From: Candidatus Hadarchaeota archaeon
Lineage (GTDB): Archaea > Hadarchaeota > Hadarchaeia > Hadarchaeales > Hadarchaeaceae
DNA: 32,000 nt
Direction of reading: 5' to 3'
NCBI GenBank assembly: GCA_964514965.1
Contig: CAZETV010000001.1
Location: 420,001-452,000, forward strand
Positions 1 through 8,857 of this stretch are shown here, piece by piece. Within the stretch, counting starts at the first letter, position 1. The number at the start of each line of letters is the position of its first letter. The notes under the pieces are model-generated. The model ran no database searches. It was not told the origin of the DNA and saw only the letters and a program-made list of their open reading frames with translations. Both the position numbers and the translations under genes were made by a program.

Positions 1-588
1 ATGCATGTCCTCCAGCTTAGTCGGATAGCTCTGGAACCCGTAAACCAGCACGAGATTTTCGTTGCCTTCTTCCTTCATCCAAGAAATGGCCCTCTCTACC
101 TCTTCCATTGTGGCGCCACCCACCCTCAGAAACACGGGTTTTTCCTTCTTCGCCACTCCCCTCACGAGATTTTCCTCGGCGAGCGACGCCGGAGAGACCA
201 CATAAGCATCCGCCTTTAGATTAGAAGCGAGACCAACACTCGGAAAGTCGTTGCACATCGCACATATTAGCAGCCCATTTTTTCTGGCGTACGGAAACAA
301 CTCAGCCCAAGCCGCTGGAGCCAGGTTAATTCGGCTCAGATATTCGTAAATGGGCAGTGCTTCCTTGCCCGCTGATACGCGCCCTTTCCCAGTCCTGTAC
401 TGCGGGACCATGTAATTTTCCATGAATGTGAGGTGAAAACAAATGGCGTCTGCCCTCGCATTGGCCGCTGCGTCTATTATCTCTTTCGCCTTTTCAACCG
501 ACCCGTCATGTGACCATGCCATCTCCGCGATGACGAATGTGGGATGTTGATCACCTATCTTTCTTCTACCAATTCTTATTGTTTTCAA
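1..588 (-). CDS. NeuB-family nonulosonic-acid synthase (N-acetylneuraminate/legionaminate/pseudaminate synthase type). N-terminal ~195 aa only; the gene runs off the left window edge.
   Basis: My own minus-strand translation; it is absent from the ORF track because no stop lies in the window. Sequence: LKTIRIGRRKIGDQHPTFVIAEMAWSHDGSVEKAKEIIDAAANARADAICFH...KPVFLRVGGATMEEVERAISW...YGFQSYPTKLEDMH. This fits the NeuB N-terminal TIM-barrel pattern (IG..P.FIIAE...H.G....A..LI..A...GADA..F; KP..LS.G.....E...A). A TTG start at 588-586 overlaps the upstream TGA stop (TTGA). Confidence 0.8.
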   Translation of the reverse strand, partial: MKTIRIGRRKIGDQHPTFVIAEMAWSHDGSVEKAKEIIDAAANARADAICFHLTFMENYMVPQYRTGKGRVSAGKEALPIYEYLSRINLAPAAWAELFPYARKNGLLICAMCNDFPSVGLASNLKADAYVVSPASLAEENLVRGVAKKEKPVFLRVGGATMEEVERAISWMKEEGNENLVLVYGFQSYPTKLEDMH

Positions 589-1313
589 ACTTCCACCTCG
601 CTTTTGAACAACCCTGATTTCACTACAAATTCCGCCAATAAAAAGTCAAACTCATCGTCTATCCCAATAGAACTGATCCTGTCCATAATCAAACCTTTCA
701 TGCTTTTGGGATTGAAACAAGGCGATTTTTCACTGACCCTATCGAAATACCTCCTCCGAGTGATTATCAGTCCATCGCTTATTCTGAAGAGTTTTGGTAA
801 CTCTTGCCTGCGAAGTGGTTTGTTCATGCCTCCAATCAGCTCTTTCAAATTTCCCTCTTCATTCCTTTCGTAGACAAAATATGGGTGGTAACCCGACTCA
901 ACCTCACACACACCTATAACTGAGTCAAAATCGGAGGTCAACAACATCCTCAACCCCGCGTTTATATGTTCATGAGTCCGAAACGGCGATGTCGGCTGAA
1001 GAAACGCCACGATTTCCGGATGATATCGCTCTTCTTTTTCAAGATAATGCAAGGCGTGCAGAAGAACGGAGAGCGAGGACGCCTCGTCCATCGCTAGCTG
1101 CTTGGGCCTCAAAAACGGAACTTCTGCACCATATTTTCTCGCTATTGCCGCTATCTCTTTGTCTTCAGTTGAAACTATGGTACGGTCGAGCTTGCTGCTG
1201 AGCGCGGCATCTATTGTGTAGCTGATTAGGGGTTTTCCTCCGAGGGGTCTGATGTTCTTTTTCTGGACCCCTTTAGACCCGCCTCTTGCAGGGATAATTC
1301 CGACCGCTAGAAT
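585..1313 (-). CDS. CMP-nonulosonic acid synthetase / acylneuraminate cytidylyltransferase family (NeuA-like)
   Basis: The ORF track starts at an internal TTG (1112). The frame stays open up to an in-frame TAA at 1331-1329 and encodes KEVGTILAVGIIPARGGSKGVQKKNIRPLGGKPLISYTIDAALSSKLDRTIVSTEDKEIAAIARKYGAEVPFLRPKQLA. This includes the IPARGGSKG loop typical of CMP-sugar cytidylyltransferases. There is no ATG/GTG/TTG upstream of that loop. ATT at 1313-1311, 7 nt after GAGGT (1325-1321), is my best start guess, so the 5' end is uncertain. Confidence 0.75.
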   Translation of the reverse strand: MLAVGIIPARGGSKGVQKKNIRPLGGKPLISYTIDAALSSKLDRTIVSTEDKEIAAIARKYGAEVPFLRPKQLAMDEASSLSVLLHALHYLEKEERYHPEIVAFLQPTSPFRTHEHINAGLRMLLTSDFDSVIGVCEVESGYHPYFVYERNEEGNLKELIGGMNKPLRRQELPKLFRISDGLIITRRRYFDRVSEKSPCFNPKSMKGLIMDRISSIGIDDEFDFLLAEFVVKSGLFKSEVEV

Positions 1314-1318
1314 GGTAC

Positions 1319-2326
1319 CTACCTCTTTTTAAGGTCTGAAACAGGTACGTAGCACTTACTGCATATCGGGATTTCGGAATACCTGCTGGCGATATGGGCA
1401 CTTCGAATTTTTTCATATTTCTCGTTGTGCCAGATGTCCTTCAGTTTCTCTTTCCTAGCGTCTCCCATAATCGATTCCCTTTTGTTGTCGACACAGCATA
1501 AGGTGACGATACCATCCCACATTATGAACATTCGTTGGAACAGTTGAGCGCAGACGAAGTTTGGGTTGTAATATTCAGGATACCCCTTCCATTCTTTTGT
1601 ATAATCGATGAGTTCCCCGTAGCCTACTAGGTCTATCCCAAGCACCCCGAAACCAAATTTTTTGTAATCCTCAAGTTCCTCCCTCGGGTTCCCCATTACG
1701 ACCATTGAGGCCCGCGTCTGCACGTGTTTGTAGCCGAGTTCGTTCCTGAGTTCAACAAACTTCTTGATGTTGGCCACAACCCGTTGAAAGTCTGCCCCGA
1801 TTCTTATCTGGTTATATTTTTCCGGATAGGGAGAATCGACCGAGAAAAATATGCTGTCCAAACCGGCATCGAGAAGCTTGCGCGACATATCCTCCGTTAG
1901 GGCGACGGCATTTGTGTTGAACATGACCTCAATAACCCCCTTTTCCTTGGCGTAACTCACCTGTTCAACTACATCGGGGTGGATCAGGGGTTCGCCGAGA
2001 TAATTCAACTTCACGGAGCACAGTCCATTCTCAACTCCCTGGTCAATCAGTGACTTGTATAACTCGAAATCCATGAAACCGACCTTCCCCGTCTTTTCGA
2101 CCTCCCCGATCGTCCGGGGGCACATCGGGCACTTCAAATTGCAGGCGTTGGTCGTCTCTATGTCCAAGTGAATAGGGAAATCGCCCGCGTACATTTTTTT
2201 AGGGTACTCTTCCCAATTGCGGCGGTATTCCCAGTACTCTTTTCCTCTGGATTTCTCCCAATCCATTATGTCTGGAGTTCTTCTGACCTCTCCATAGGTA
2301 GCATACGGGTCGATTTCTTTGGTCAT
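1319..2326 (-). CDS. Radical SAM enzyme with a SPASM/Twitch-like C-terminal Cys motif
   Basis: It has a CX3CX2C motif (TNACNLKCPMCP). The C-terminus has C-x12-G-x4-C (CAQLFQRMFIMWDGIVTLCC) and a later CSKC, resembling an auxiliary-cluster domain. The ATG start lies 9 nt after the upstream gene's stop. Confidence 0.75.
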   Translation of the reverse strand: MTKEIDPYATYGEVRRTPDIMDWEKSRGKEYWEYRRNWEEYPKKMYAGDFPIHLDIETTNACNLKCPMCPRTIGEVEKTGKVGFMDFELYKSLIDQGVENGLCSVKLNYLGEPLIHPDVVEQVSYAKEKGVIEVMFNTNAVALTEDMSRKLLDAGLDSIFFSVDSPYPEKYNQIRIGADFQRVVANIKKFVELRNELGYKHVQTRASMVVMGNPREELEDYKKFGFGVLGIDLVGYGELIDYTKEWKGYPEYYNPNFVCAQLFQRMFIMWDGIVTLCCVDNKRESIMGDARKEKLKDIWHNEKYEKIRSAHIASRYSEIPICSKCYVPVSDLKKR

Positions 2327-2335
2327 GGTTTAACT

Positions 2336-3901
2336 TCACCCCTTTCTGATTAATGAAACTATCAAATCCGCCACCCTTTCGTGTGCCTTCCCGTCCACCT
2401 TGTAAAATGCTTCTTTCAGATATTTTTCCCTCTTTATTTTTAGGTCGTTTCGTACATTCTTATCATTTAAGACTTTGTCGAGTGTGCTTGTCAGGTCATC
2501 GTCTTTTTCCACCTGCATAACTGCCTTTTTATAGGGGTCTTCCCTGTTCGATAAAAATCCCTCGATGACGACAACATCCTTGCTTAGCATCAGCCCCTCA
2601 ATATCTGCGGTTGACCCAAAGCTTAACAATAAATCTGAATCCTTTAAAACTGAATACAAGAATTCTTTACCAGGCCTTTGAATTATTTCTACATTCGTTA
2701 GCTTCAATGACTTAACGATGGATTCGTACTCAGATTTATATTTTTCACTGGGGTGCAGTTTAATTATAATTTTTTTAATGTTTTTCACTTTACTGATCTG
2801 CATTAGGTACTTTCGGATGTGATCGAAATACTCATTTTTTCCGATAAATTTGTATTCGACGAGAGCTGTGGGCAAAAGAGTTACAGTTTTACCTAAATTT
2901 TCCTCTTCTTTTTTTGATTTGTATTCTACAATTTTGTCGAAGAAAGGCGAGCCCGTTATGAAAATATCTCTACTCTTTATTCCCAATTTCAGTAATTTCT
3001 TTCTCTCTTCATTTCCAGACGCAGCAAAGATGAGTTTACTATAGAACTCCTCTCTGAGGTATAGCGGGACGGCATAACCACCGTATCCATGTGGAGAATA
3101 AAGAATTTTTTTATCCAACTTGCAAGCCGCTCCGAATAAAGCCGATTCGTAGATTCCAATGATGTTGGTGAGATATATCAATTTTATATCGTGTTTTTTG
3201 ATTATCTTTTTAAAAGTCAGGTAATACTTTATTATTGTCTTCATTATCTCTTGAGAAAAAAGGAAATTCATTTCACTCTCGATGAATTTCCAATAATTTT
3301 TGCCATTGTGGGTGAACAACGATTTTTTGTCGACTTTTTTCCATTTCTTTGCCAGTTCTTGGGACATCTTTTTGCTTTCCTCGATTATCTCTGAATCGAT
3401 GTACGAGTATAACAAGTTCTCGAATTTTTTTAATCTAAAAAGCGAGTTTCTGGAGATTGGATCACAAATCAAAACTAAGGGCTCTATATCCAGTTTTTTC
3501 AAATCTTTTATAACATCCCCCAATCCCAGAAATTCTAACTGACTATTCTTTTCGAAAAGTTGATTAGTATACGCGAGGAACAAAATGTCTGTCGCACCAC
3601 TCCCCCTTGATTTTTTTACTTTCGCACTAGAAAGCCAGATTTTAAGCTTTTCGTTGAGGGTCAAACCTTTTCTCAGGATTAATAGTTCCAAACTATCTAG
3701 CGAAGATGGAGGTTTATCCTCTTTCGCGTCCTTTTCTATGCCATCCAGACTTCTGAATGGTTTCGGTATCTGAGGTGCTTTCAGGAGAGGTTCTAAAAAG
3801 TACCAGAGGGGTATCCCGTCTACTTGAAATACTTCGTTGAACTTTTGGGAATCTACTTTTTTTCTGGCAACTTCAAGAATCTCACGGAAATTTCCTGTCA
3901 T
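2336..3901 (-). CDS. Lys-rich 521-aa protein, putative GT-B-type transferase (TagF/CDP-glycerol glycerophosphotransferase-like or bacterial sialyltransferase-like HP motif). Function uncertain.
   Basis: It is a long uninterrupted ORF. The motifs KTVTLLPTAL and IIIKLHPSEK resemble the LYAPT..R and K.HP motifs of TagF-like enzymes, and an HP motif is also shared by bacterial sialyltransferases. It sits in an operon with NeuA/NeuB-like genes. It is markedly AT-rich: two hand-counted 60-nt lines gave 30% and 38% GC. Confidence 0.4.
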   Translation of the reverse strand: MTGNFREILEVARKKVDSQKFNEVFQVDGIPLWYFLEPLLKAPQIPKPFRSLDGIEKDAKEDKPPSSLDSLELLILRKGLTLNEKLKIWLSSAKVKKSRGSGATDILFLAYTNQLFEKNSQLEFLGLGDVIKDLKKLDIEPLVLICDPISRNSLFRLKKFENLLYSYIDSEIIEESKKMSQELAKKWKKVDKKSLFTHNGKNYWKFIESEMNFLFSQEIMKTIIKYYLTFKKIIKKHDIKLIYLTNIIGIYESALFGAACKLDKKILYSPHGYGGYAVPLYLREEFYSKLIFAASGNEERKKLLKLGIKSRDIFITGSPFFDKIVEYKSKKEEENLGKTVTLLPTALVEYKFIGKNEYFDHIRKYLMQISKVKNIKKIIIKLHPSEKYKSEYESIVKSLKLTNVEIIQRPGKEFLYSVLKDSDLLLSFGSTADIEGLMLSKDVVVIEGFLSNREDPYKKAVMQVEKDDDLTSTLDKVLNDKNVRNDLKIKREKYLKEAFYKVDGKAHERVADLIVSLIRKG

Positions 3902-3937
3902 ATCCTTAACCTGTTTACCCCCTCGTTTTAAACTTCT

Positions 3938-4543
3938 TCACCGCTTCGGTTTACACACAACAATGAAATTTGATGAAAACTGCGGAAAAATTTTGAATAA
4001 CCATTTCCAAGCATCGTCGTAATAGTAAAATTCTTCGATTTCAAATTCATGACGATCAAGCAGTTCTTTAAATGTCTCTCGGGAGAAAAACATGCAGTGT
4101 TGTGGGTTTATATTTGGGCGTTTAATCAAATAATCCTTTATAAACATCGCGCCGTGCGCATTATCCGTCGTGATTATGAACACCCCGCTTTCCGATAAGT
4201 GCTTTTTCATATTCTCTAAGAAGATACCCGGGTTGTCGAGGTGTTCTATTACTTGCCCGGCAATTATAACGTCGAACTTTTCACCCAGATCACAATTGAG
4301 CGCATTCGCCACTATCGCGTTGTACCCCTGCTTTCGTAGCTCCTCAACTTTTTTGGATTCTATGTCTATGCCGACAACATGACTGGCGACCTCCGCGATG
4401 CGTTTGTGGAGCCAGAGAGGGTGGGTTGGCGGGACAGTATGCCCAACGCAGCCCACATCCAAAACTCTTTTCCCCTTACAATAACGCTGAATGAGCGCTA
4501 TCCTATCGACGAGCCTCGATTTCTCCATTTTTTTCCTATACAT
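3938..4543 (-). CDS. Class I SAM-dependent methyltransferase
   Basis: Motif I-like RVLDVGCVGH and DVIIAGQVIEHLDNP (Methyltransf_11/23-like pattern). About 200 aa. Confidence 0.75.
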   Translation of the reverse strand: MYRKKMEKSRLVDRIALIQRYCKGKRVLDVGCVGHTVPPTHPLWLHKRIAEVASHVVGIDIESKKVEELRKQGYNAIVANALNCDLGEKFDVIIAGQVIEHLDNPGIFLENMKKHLSESGVFIITTDNAHGAMFIKDYLIKRPNINPQHCMFFSRETFKELLDRHEFEIEEFYYYDDAWKWLFKIFPQFSSNFIVVCKPKR

Positions 4544-4579
4544 CTCATGACCCCAGGATAGTTAGCGATGTTCTGTTAT

Positions 4580-6133
4580 TTATCGTGAACGTTTCTCTAA
4601 AAATCTTATCAACCTTGTTAAAACACTCGGTTCCCCCATGTCTTTTGAGATATGGCGCAAAACTTCCACGTCCGCCTTTCCAATAGCCCCAAATAATAGG
4701 AGCGCGGTTAAATACACAAGGATGCCTATCCCGCCCACGATGAGGGCGATAGGGATAGCCGTTACGACTGAACGAAAGGCCAGAAGGAGAGCGACCATCA
4801 CCGCATCAGCGAGTGCAATCCGCAGAAAAGATTTGGAGTTGTATCTCAGTTTGGTAAGTTTCTTGACGGCGTATGTGCCCAAAACGGTGATTAACACAAT
4901 TGTAATAAGGTAACCAATCGCCGCTCCGTTTATCCCGCAGAGGAGCGTCAGTGGAGTCGTCACCGTAATCGTTAGACATGCGCCAACCCAATAAATTTTC
5001 GCGAAAACGCGCGGTTTTCCTATCCCGCACATGATTGTGTCGTTAACTTCCTCCAAACCTTGGAAAATAAGCGCGACAGACAAAAGGCTTAGAACGGTAC
5101 TCCCGGCGATGAAAACACCTCCGCCAACAATCGTCAGGATAAATCCAGAAAAGAGAGCCATGCCGGTGGCAAGAGGCAGGAGGACGATGAAAACTAGTTT
5201 GAGAGCGGTTCTTACTGTGAGTTCAAATCGTCTCTTATCCTTCATCGTCCAGAGCTCCGAAACCGCTGGAAAAAGCGGCACCGAAACGGACCTCGAGAAC
5301 ATGATCACCAACAGAGTCAAGGAGAGGGACGCGAAGTAGTACCCTGCGTTTTCTATCGCCAGTGCGCCACCCAAAAGGAGGATAGGATACCACAAAAGGA
5401 ATAGCCCCCCGATGCTGGCCAACCACATCGGTGCCGCAGTCGACAGCATCTTGCGTGGTATGTCGCTCTTCTCGCTTCCCTTTTTATACCTCTTTGGTAG
5501 GACGCCAGGCAAAAGCAAAAAACCTATGAAACATGCGACCGACATCCCGATTGCGACCCCAAGCAGCGCGCCGGTCGCGAAGAATCCAAACAATACGAGA
5601 GCGACGGAAATCGCCAAGCGCAGCACGGACCATGAAGTTTGCACGTATAAGTAGTACTTCATCCTTTGAAATCCCTGGAAGAAGGCCGTAAGTCCCACGA
5701 TGAGTATGCCCGCTGGAAGCATCACTGCGGTCACAAGGAAGGCATTCGTATAATTTACGTTGTGGTAAACCCAGGAAGCAATCGGTTGGGCCAATAGTAT
5801 CAATGCAGCTGAAAATATTGCGGATGATATGACTAGATATTTCACCGATATGCGTAGTACCTTCTTCGTCGACGCGACATCTTTTAGGGCCATGAATTTC
5901 GCAATGTACCTAACGGCCGCTGTGGGAATACCCAAAACCGCAACGCCCTGCAGTATGCTGAATAATGCCATGCCGACCCCAAAAATCCCGTATCCCTCGT
6001 CTCCCAGAAGCCTGAGCATGACGACTGTGAAAACTACATTTAAAACCATCATTATTAGGTAAGTGATGACAACGACGAAACCGCCTTTGACAATCCTCAC
6101 ACTTGGCTCCAAGAGTGACTCCTGATCAGACAT
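4580..6133 (-). CDS. Polysaccharide/oligosaccharide flippase (MOP/Wzx family)
   Basis: A ~515-aa polytopic membrane protein with many hydrophobic segments and the layout of a polysaccharide biosynthesis protein. The ORF track starts at TTG 6160. ATG at 6133 is preceded by GGTGGT with 5-nt spacing, so I prefer it. Confidence 0.75.
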   Translation of the reverse strand: MSDQESLLEPSVRIVKGGFVVVITYLIMMVLNVVFTVVMLRLLGDEGYGIFGVGMALFSILQGVAVLGIPTAAVRYIAKFMALKDVASTKKVLRISVKYLVISSAIFSAALILLAQPIASWVYHNVNYTNAFLVTAVMLPAGILIVGLTAFFQGFQRMKYYLYVQTSWSVLRLAISVALVLFGFFATGALLGVAIGMSVACFIGFLLLPGVLPKRYKKGSEKSDIPRKMLSTAAPMWLASIGGLFLLWYPILLLGGALAIENAGYYFASLSLTLLVIMFSRSVSVPLFPAVSELWTMKDKRRFELTVRTALKLVFIVLLPLATGMALFSGFILTIVGGGVFIAGSTVLSLLSVALIFQGLEEVNDTIMCGIGKPRVFAKIYWVGACLTITVTTPLTLLCGINGAAIGYLITIVLITVLGTYAVKKLTKLRYNSKSFLRIALADAVMVALLLAFRSVVTAIPIALIVGGIGILVYLTALLLFGAIGKADVEVLRHISKDMGEPSVLTRLIRFLEKRSR

Positions 6134-6274
6134 ATCTAACCACCTTTTGCCCTGGCTCAATTCAGTTTAACAAGCTAATAATATGACTCGCTTTGACAGA
6201 AGGGAATTCTAATATTGCGCAAGGTGTCGCTTTTGACACCTCCTTAGTTTTTATCGACTCCTCTTTATTTAAAA

Positions 6275-7210
6275 ATGGGTAAACTTGTGAATATCACGTT
6301 CATGTATCCCGCGAGCGGTATCAGCCCTCACCCAGCGCACCTCGCATGGGCAAAATCAGTCGGTGCCGGTGTGGTGAAAACTCCAATGGGAATGGGTTTT
6401 TTCGACATCGATAAAATTCAGGACTCGGACCTCCTGCTGCTGGAATCTTTATACTGTGCGCCCTTCGCGAGGCGGTACAAGAAGAAAAACCCCAATTGCA
6501 AGATAATATCAATAATCGCCGACACGAGCTTCTGGAGCGAGCGTCTAGGCATCTTGAGAAAAATGTTCTACTGGAGGTATCTGCCGTTCGTGGACGGATT
6601 CGCCGCTGTCTCATACAGGATAAAGCGCGACATCCAGAATTACGTGGACAGGCCGGTGGTTGTCGTCAGGCCTTTCCTCGTGAACAAATTCAAGTTTCGG
6701 AGGCGCGGCTTCAACAAGAAAATACTGTTCATCGGAAACAAGGCGAAAGAAAAAGGCTACGACTATCTGATAAAATCTATGGAACATCTACCGGATTTCG
6801 AACTTTTTTTGGTGGGCGACTGCTGCAAGAGGATACGCGCCAAAATAACAAACGTCCACATGGAAGGAAGAGTCCCAAGCCTCAAACCTTATTTTGAAAA
6901 TTGTTCGATTTACGCTCACCCCGCCGACTTCGACCCCTGCCCAGTGGTAGTCTGGGAAGCCATGTACGCGGGCTTGGTTCCAGTAATCTCCGGAGTCGGG
7001 CAGAGCGAGCTGTTTAAAGGAAGCCTTAAAAAGTTGGTTCTGACAAGGAACGACCCGAAAACGATTGCAGACAAAATTGCTGAGGTTTATGCTTTAAAAG
7101 GCAAAAGGGAACTGATCGAAAAGTGCAAGAAATTATCTAAAGAGTACACAAAAGAAAAAAGCATCAGGCGCTTCAAAAAATCATTTTATCGGTTGACGAA
7201 AGAACTTTGA
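6275..7210 (+). CDS. Glycosyltransferase, GT4 / group-1 family
   Basis: The C-terminal pattern HPADFDPCPVVVWEAMYAGLVPVISGVGQSELF matches the E..G....EAMA.G.PVI motif of GT-B group-1 transferases. Confidence 0.75.
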   Translation: MGKLVNITFMYPASGISPHPAHLAWAKSVGAGVVKTPMGMGFFDIDKIQDSDLLLLESLYCAPFARRYKKKNPNCKIISIIADTSFWSERLGILRKMFYWRYLPFVDGFAAVSYRIKRDIQNYVDRPVVVVRPFLVNKFKFRRRGFNKKILFIGNKAKEKGYDYLIKSMEHLPDFELFLVGDCCKRIRAKITNVHMEGRVPSLKPYFENCSIYAHPADFDPCPVVVWEAMYAGLVPVISGVGQSELFKGSLKKLVLTRNDPKTIADKIAEVYALKGKRELIEKCKKLSKEYTKEKSIRRFKKSFYRLTKEL

Positions 7211-7216
7211 GAGCCC

Positions 7217-8185
7217 TTAATCTTTAGCGACTTTTCCATATTCCGATTGATACCAATTAACTAGCGCTCTAACTCCTTGGTCTAATCCAATTTTTGGAGC
7301 AATCCCCAGCTTTTTCAGCTTCGAGATGTTCGCTTGGGTTTTCTGGACATCGCCCGGCCACGAGAGGCCCCCCTTGTAGAGAAGTTTGGTCTTGCCGCTC
7401 AGTCCTAATACCTCAAGCAACAAATGGGCCAGCTCCTTCATTGTGTAGGCCCTCCCAGAACCAACGTTGTACGCCTCCCCCTCCAGCTTCCCTTTTTCTG
7501 CGACCAGCAGCGCCGCGTTAACCGCGTCATCGATGTAGAGATAGTCCTTGGCCTGATCCCCAGTACCAAGCACCTCCAGTTCCTTCTGGTCCCGCTGGAG
7601 CTTCTTTAAGAGGTCGAACATCACTCCCTTGCGCGAGCGAGGGCCGTAGATGTTGTAGTATCTAAGGCTTGCGGTTTGGGCCCCGTAGAGGGAGCTGTAG
7701 GAGGAACAGTAGACCTCCGCAGCGGCCTTCGAAGCCCCATAGTTTGAGATGGGCCTGAGCGGATGTTCCTCAGAAGTGGGAAGTTCCGCATCACCGTAGA
7801 CCGTGGACGAGCTGGCAAAGAGCACGGCCTTAACATCACCTTTCCTGGCGCACTCCAACACGTTTAAGGTACCAATGGCGTTCAGCTCGAAATCCTTCAT
7901 TGGATTCTCAGCAGACTCCGCCACGCTGGACTGAGCAGCCATGTGGATAATCGATTCCACTCCTATGCAGGCGCGGGACAGTTCTCTCGTGTTAAGAATG
8001 TCCCCACGGATTAGCTTGAAACCACTGTCTTCCTTGAGAGCGGCGAGATTTTTCTCGAAGCCGTTTGATAAATTGTCGATCCCTACCACTTCAAGCCCCA
8101 TCGAACGTAGCTTCTGCACTAGGTGGCTGCCGATGAATCCAGCAGCGCCTGTGACCAGCACCGTCGAACCAAATTTCAATTTCAT
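7217..8185 (-). CDS. NAD-dependent sugar epimerase/dehydratase (extended SDR, GalE-like)
   Basis: VLVTGAAGFIGSHL Rossmann motif; SSSTVYG; YGASK (YxxxK); LRYYNIYGPR. Confidence 0.85.
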   Translation of the reverse strand: MKLKFGSTVLVTGAAGFIGSHLVQKLRSMGLEVVGIDNLSNGFEKNLAALKEDSGFKLIRGDILNTRELSRACIGVESIIHMAAQSSVAESAENPMKDFELNAIGTLNVLECARKGDVKAVLFASSSTVYGDAELPTSEEHPLRPISNYGASKAAAEVYCSSYSSLYGAQTASLRYYNIYGPRSRKGVMFDLLKKLQRDQKELEVLGTGDQAKDYLYIDDAVNAALLVAEKGKLEGEAYNVGSGRAYTMKELAHLLLEVLGLSGKTKLLYKGGLSWPGDVQKTQANISKLKKLGIAPKIGLDQGVRALVNWYQSEYGKVAKD

Positions 8186-8197
8186 TCCCAGTACCGC

Positions 8198-8857
8198 CTA
8201 CAATTCACTAAACCTGAGCTTAAGTATGTTGACAAATATCTTGAAGCCGCTGGCAATAGTCGTCCCCCGCGCTTTAGAATATTTGGTGTACAAGCACCTA
8301 ACCGGAGCTTCCCGGAGCCTCAGCCCCTTCCGCCTCGCTTGAATAATAATCTCGGACGAAACCTCGTAGTGGTTGCTGCGGATACGGATTCGCTTGAGCG
8401 CCCGCTTGTTAAACGCCCTCGAGCCAGATTGCGAGTCTGTAAGCATCCCGCCGAACACGCATGTTATCAAGTCCAAGCCGAAGTTGCCGACCCGCTTGTG
8501 GAGGGGAATGCCTAGGTGTTTTCGAACCCCTATTACGAGGTCGGCGCCGTTTAGGGCCTTGACCATAAGTCCGACTGCTTTTGGATCGTGTTGTCCATCG
8601 GCGTCGAAGGTGACGGCACAGTCCGCACCCAGCCTTTGGGCCTTCGCTAGTCCAGTTCGAAGCGCCGTCCCCAACCCCGTATTCTTTTTATGGCTAATGA
8701 CAAGTGCCCTCTTCGAGCGAGCTATTTTAGCTGTCCGATCGCGCGACCCGTCGTCAACAACTATTATGTTGCGCCATCCCTCGCGCTTAAGGGCATCCAG
8801 CACCCTCCCGATTGAGCGCCCCTCGTTGTATGCCGGCATCACGATCCATACCTTCAT
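8198..8857 (-). CDS. Glycosyltransferase family 2 (dolichyl-phosphate hexose synthase-like)
   Basis: IVMPAYNEGRSIGRVLDAL...IIVVDDGSRDRT...FDADGQH, the classic GT2 N-terminal pattern. Its start overlaps the upstream stop (ATGA at 8857-8854). Confidence 0.85.
   Translation of the reverse strand: MKVWIVMPAYNEGRSIGRVLDALKREGWRNIIVVDDGSRDRTAKIARSKRALVISHKKNTGLGTALRTGLAKAQRLGADCAVTFDADGQHDPKAVGLMVKALNGADLVIGVRKHLGIPLHKRVGNFGLDLITCVFGGMLTDSQSGSRAFNKRALKRIRIRSNHYEVSSEIIIQARRKGLRLREAPVRCLYTKYSKARGTTIASGFKIFVNILKLRFSEL

Noticed and set aside
1-219. 72-aa plus-strand ORF at the window start.
   Set aside because: It is antisense to the clearly NeuB-like minus-strand frame and has no independent support.
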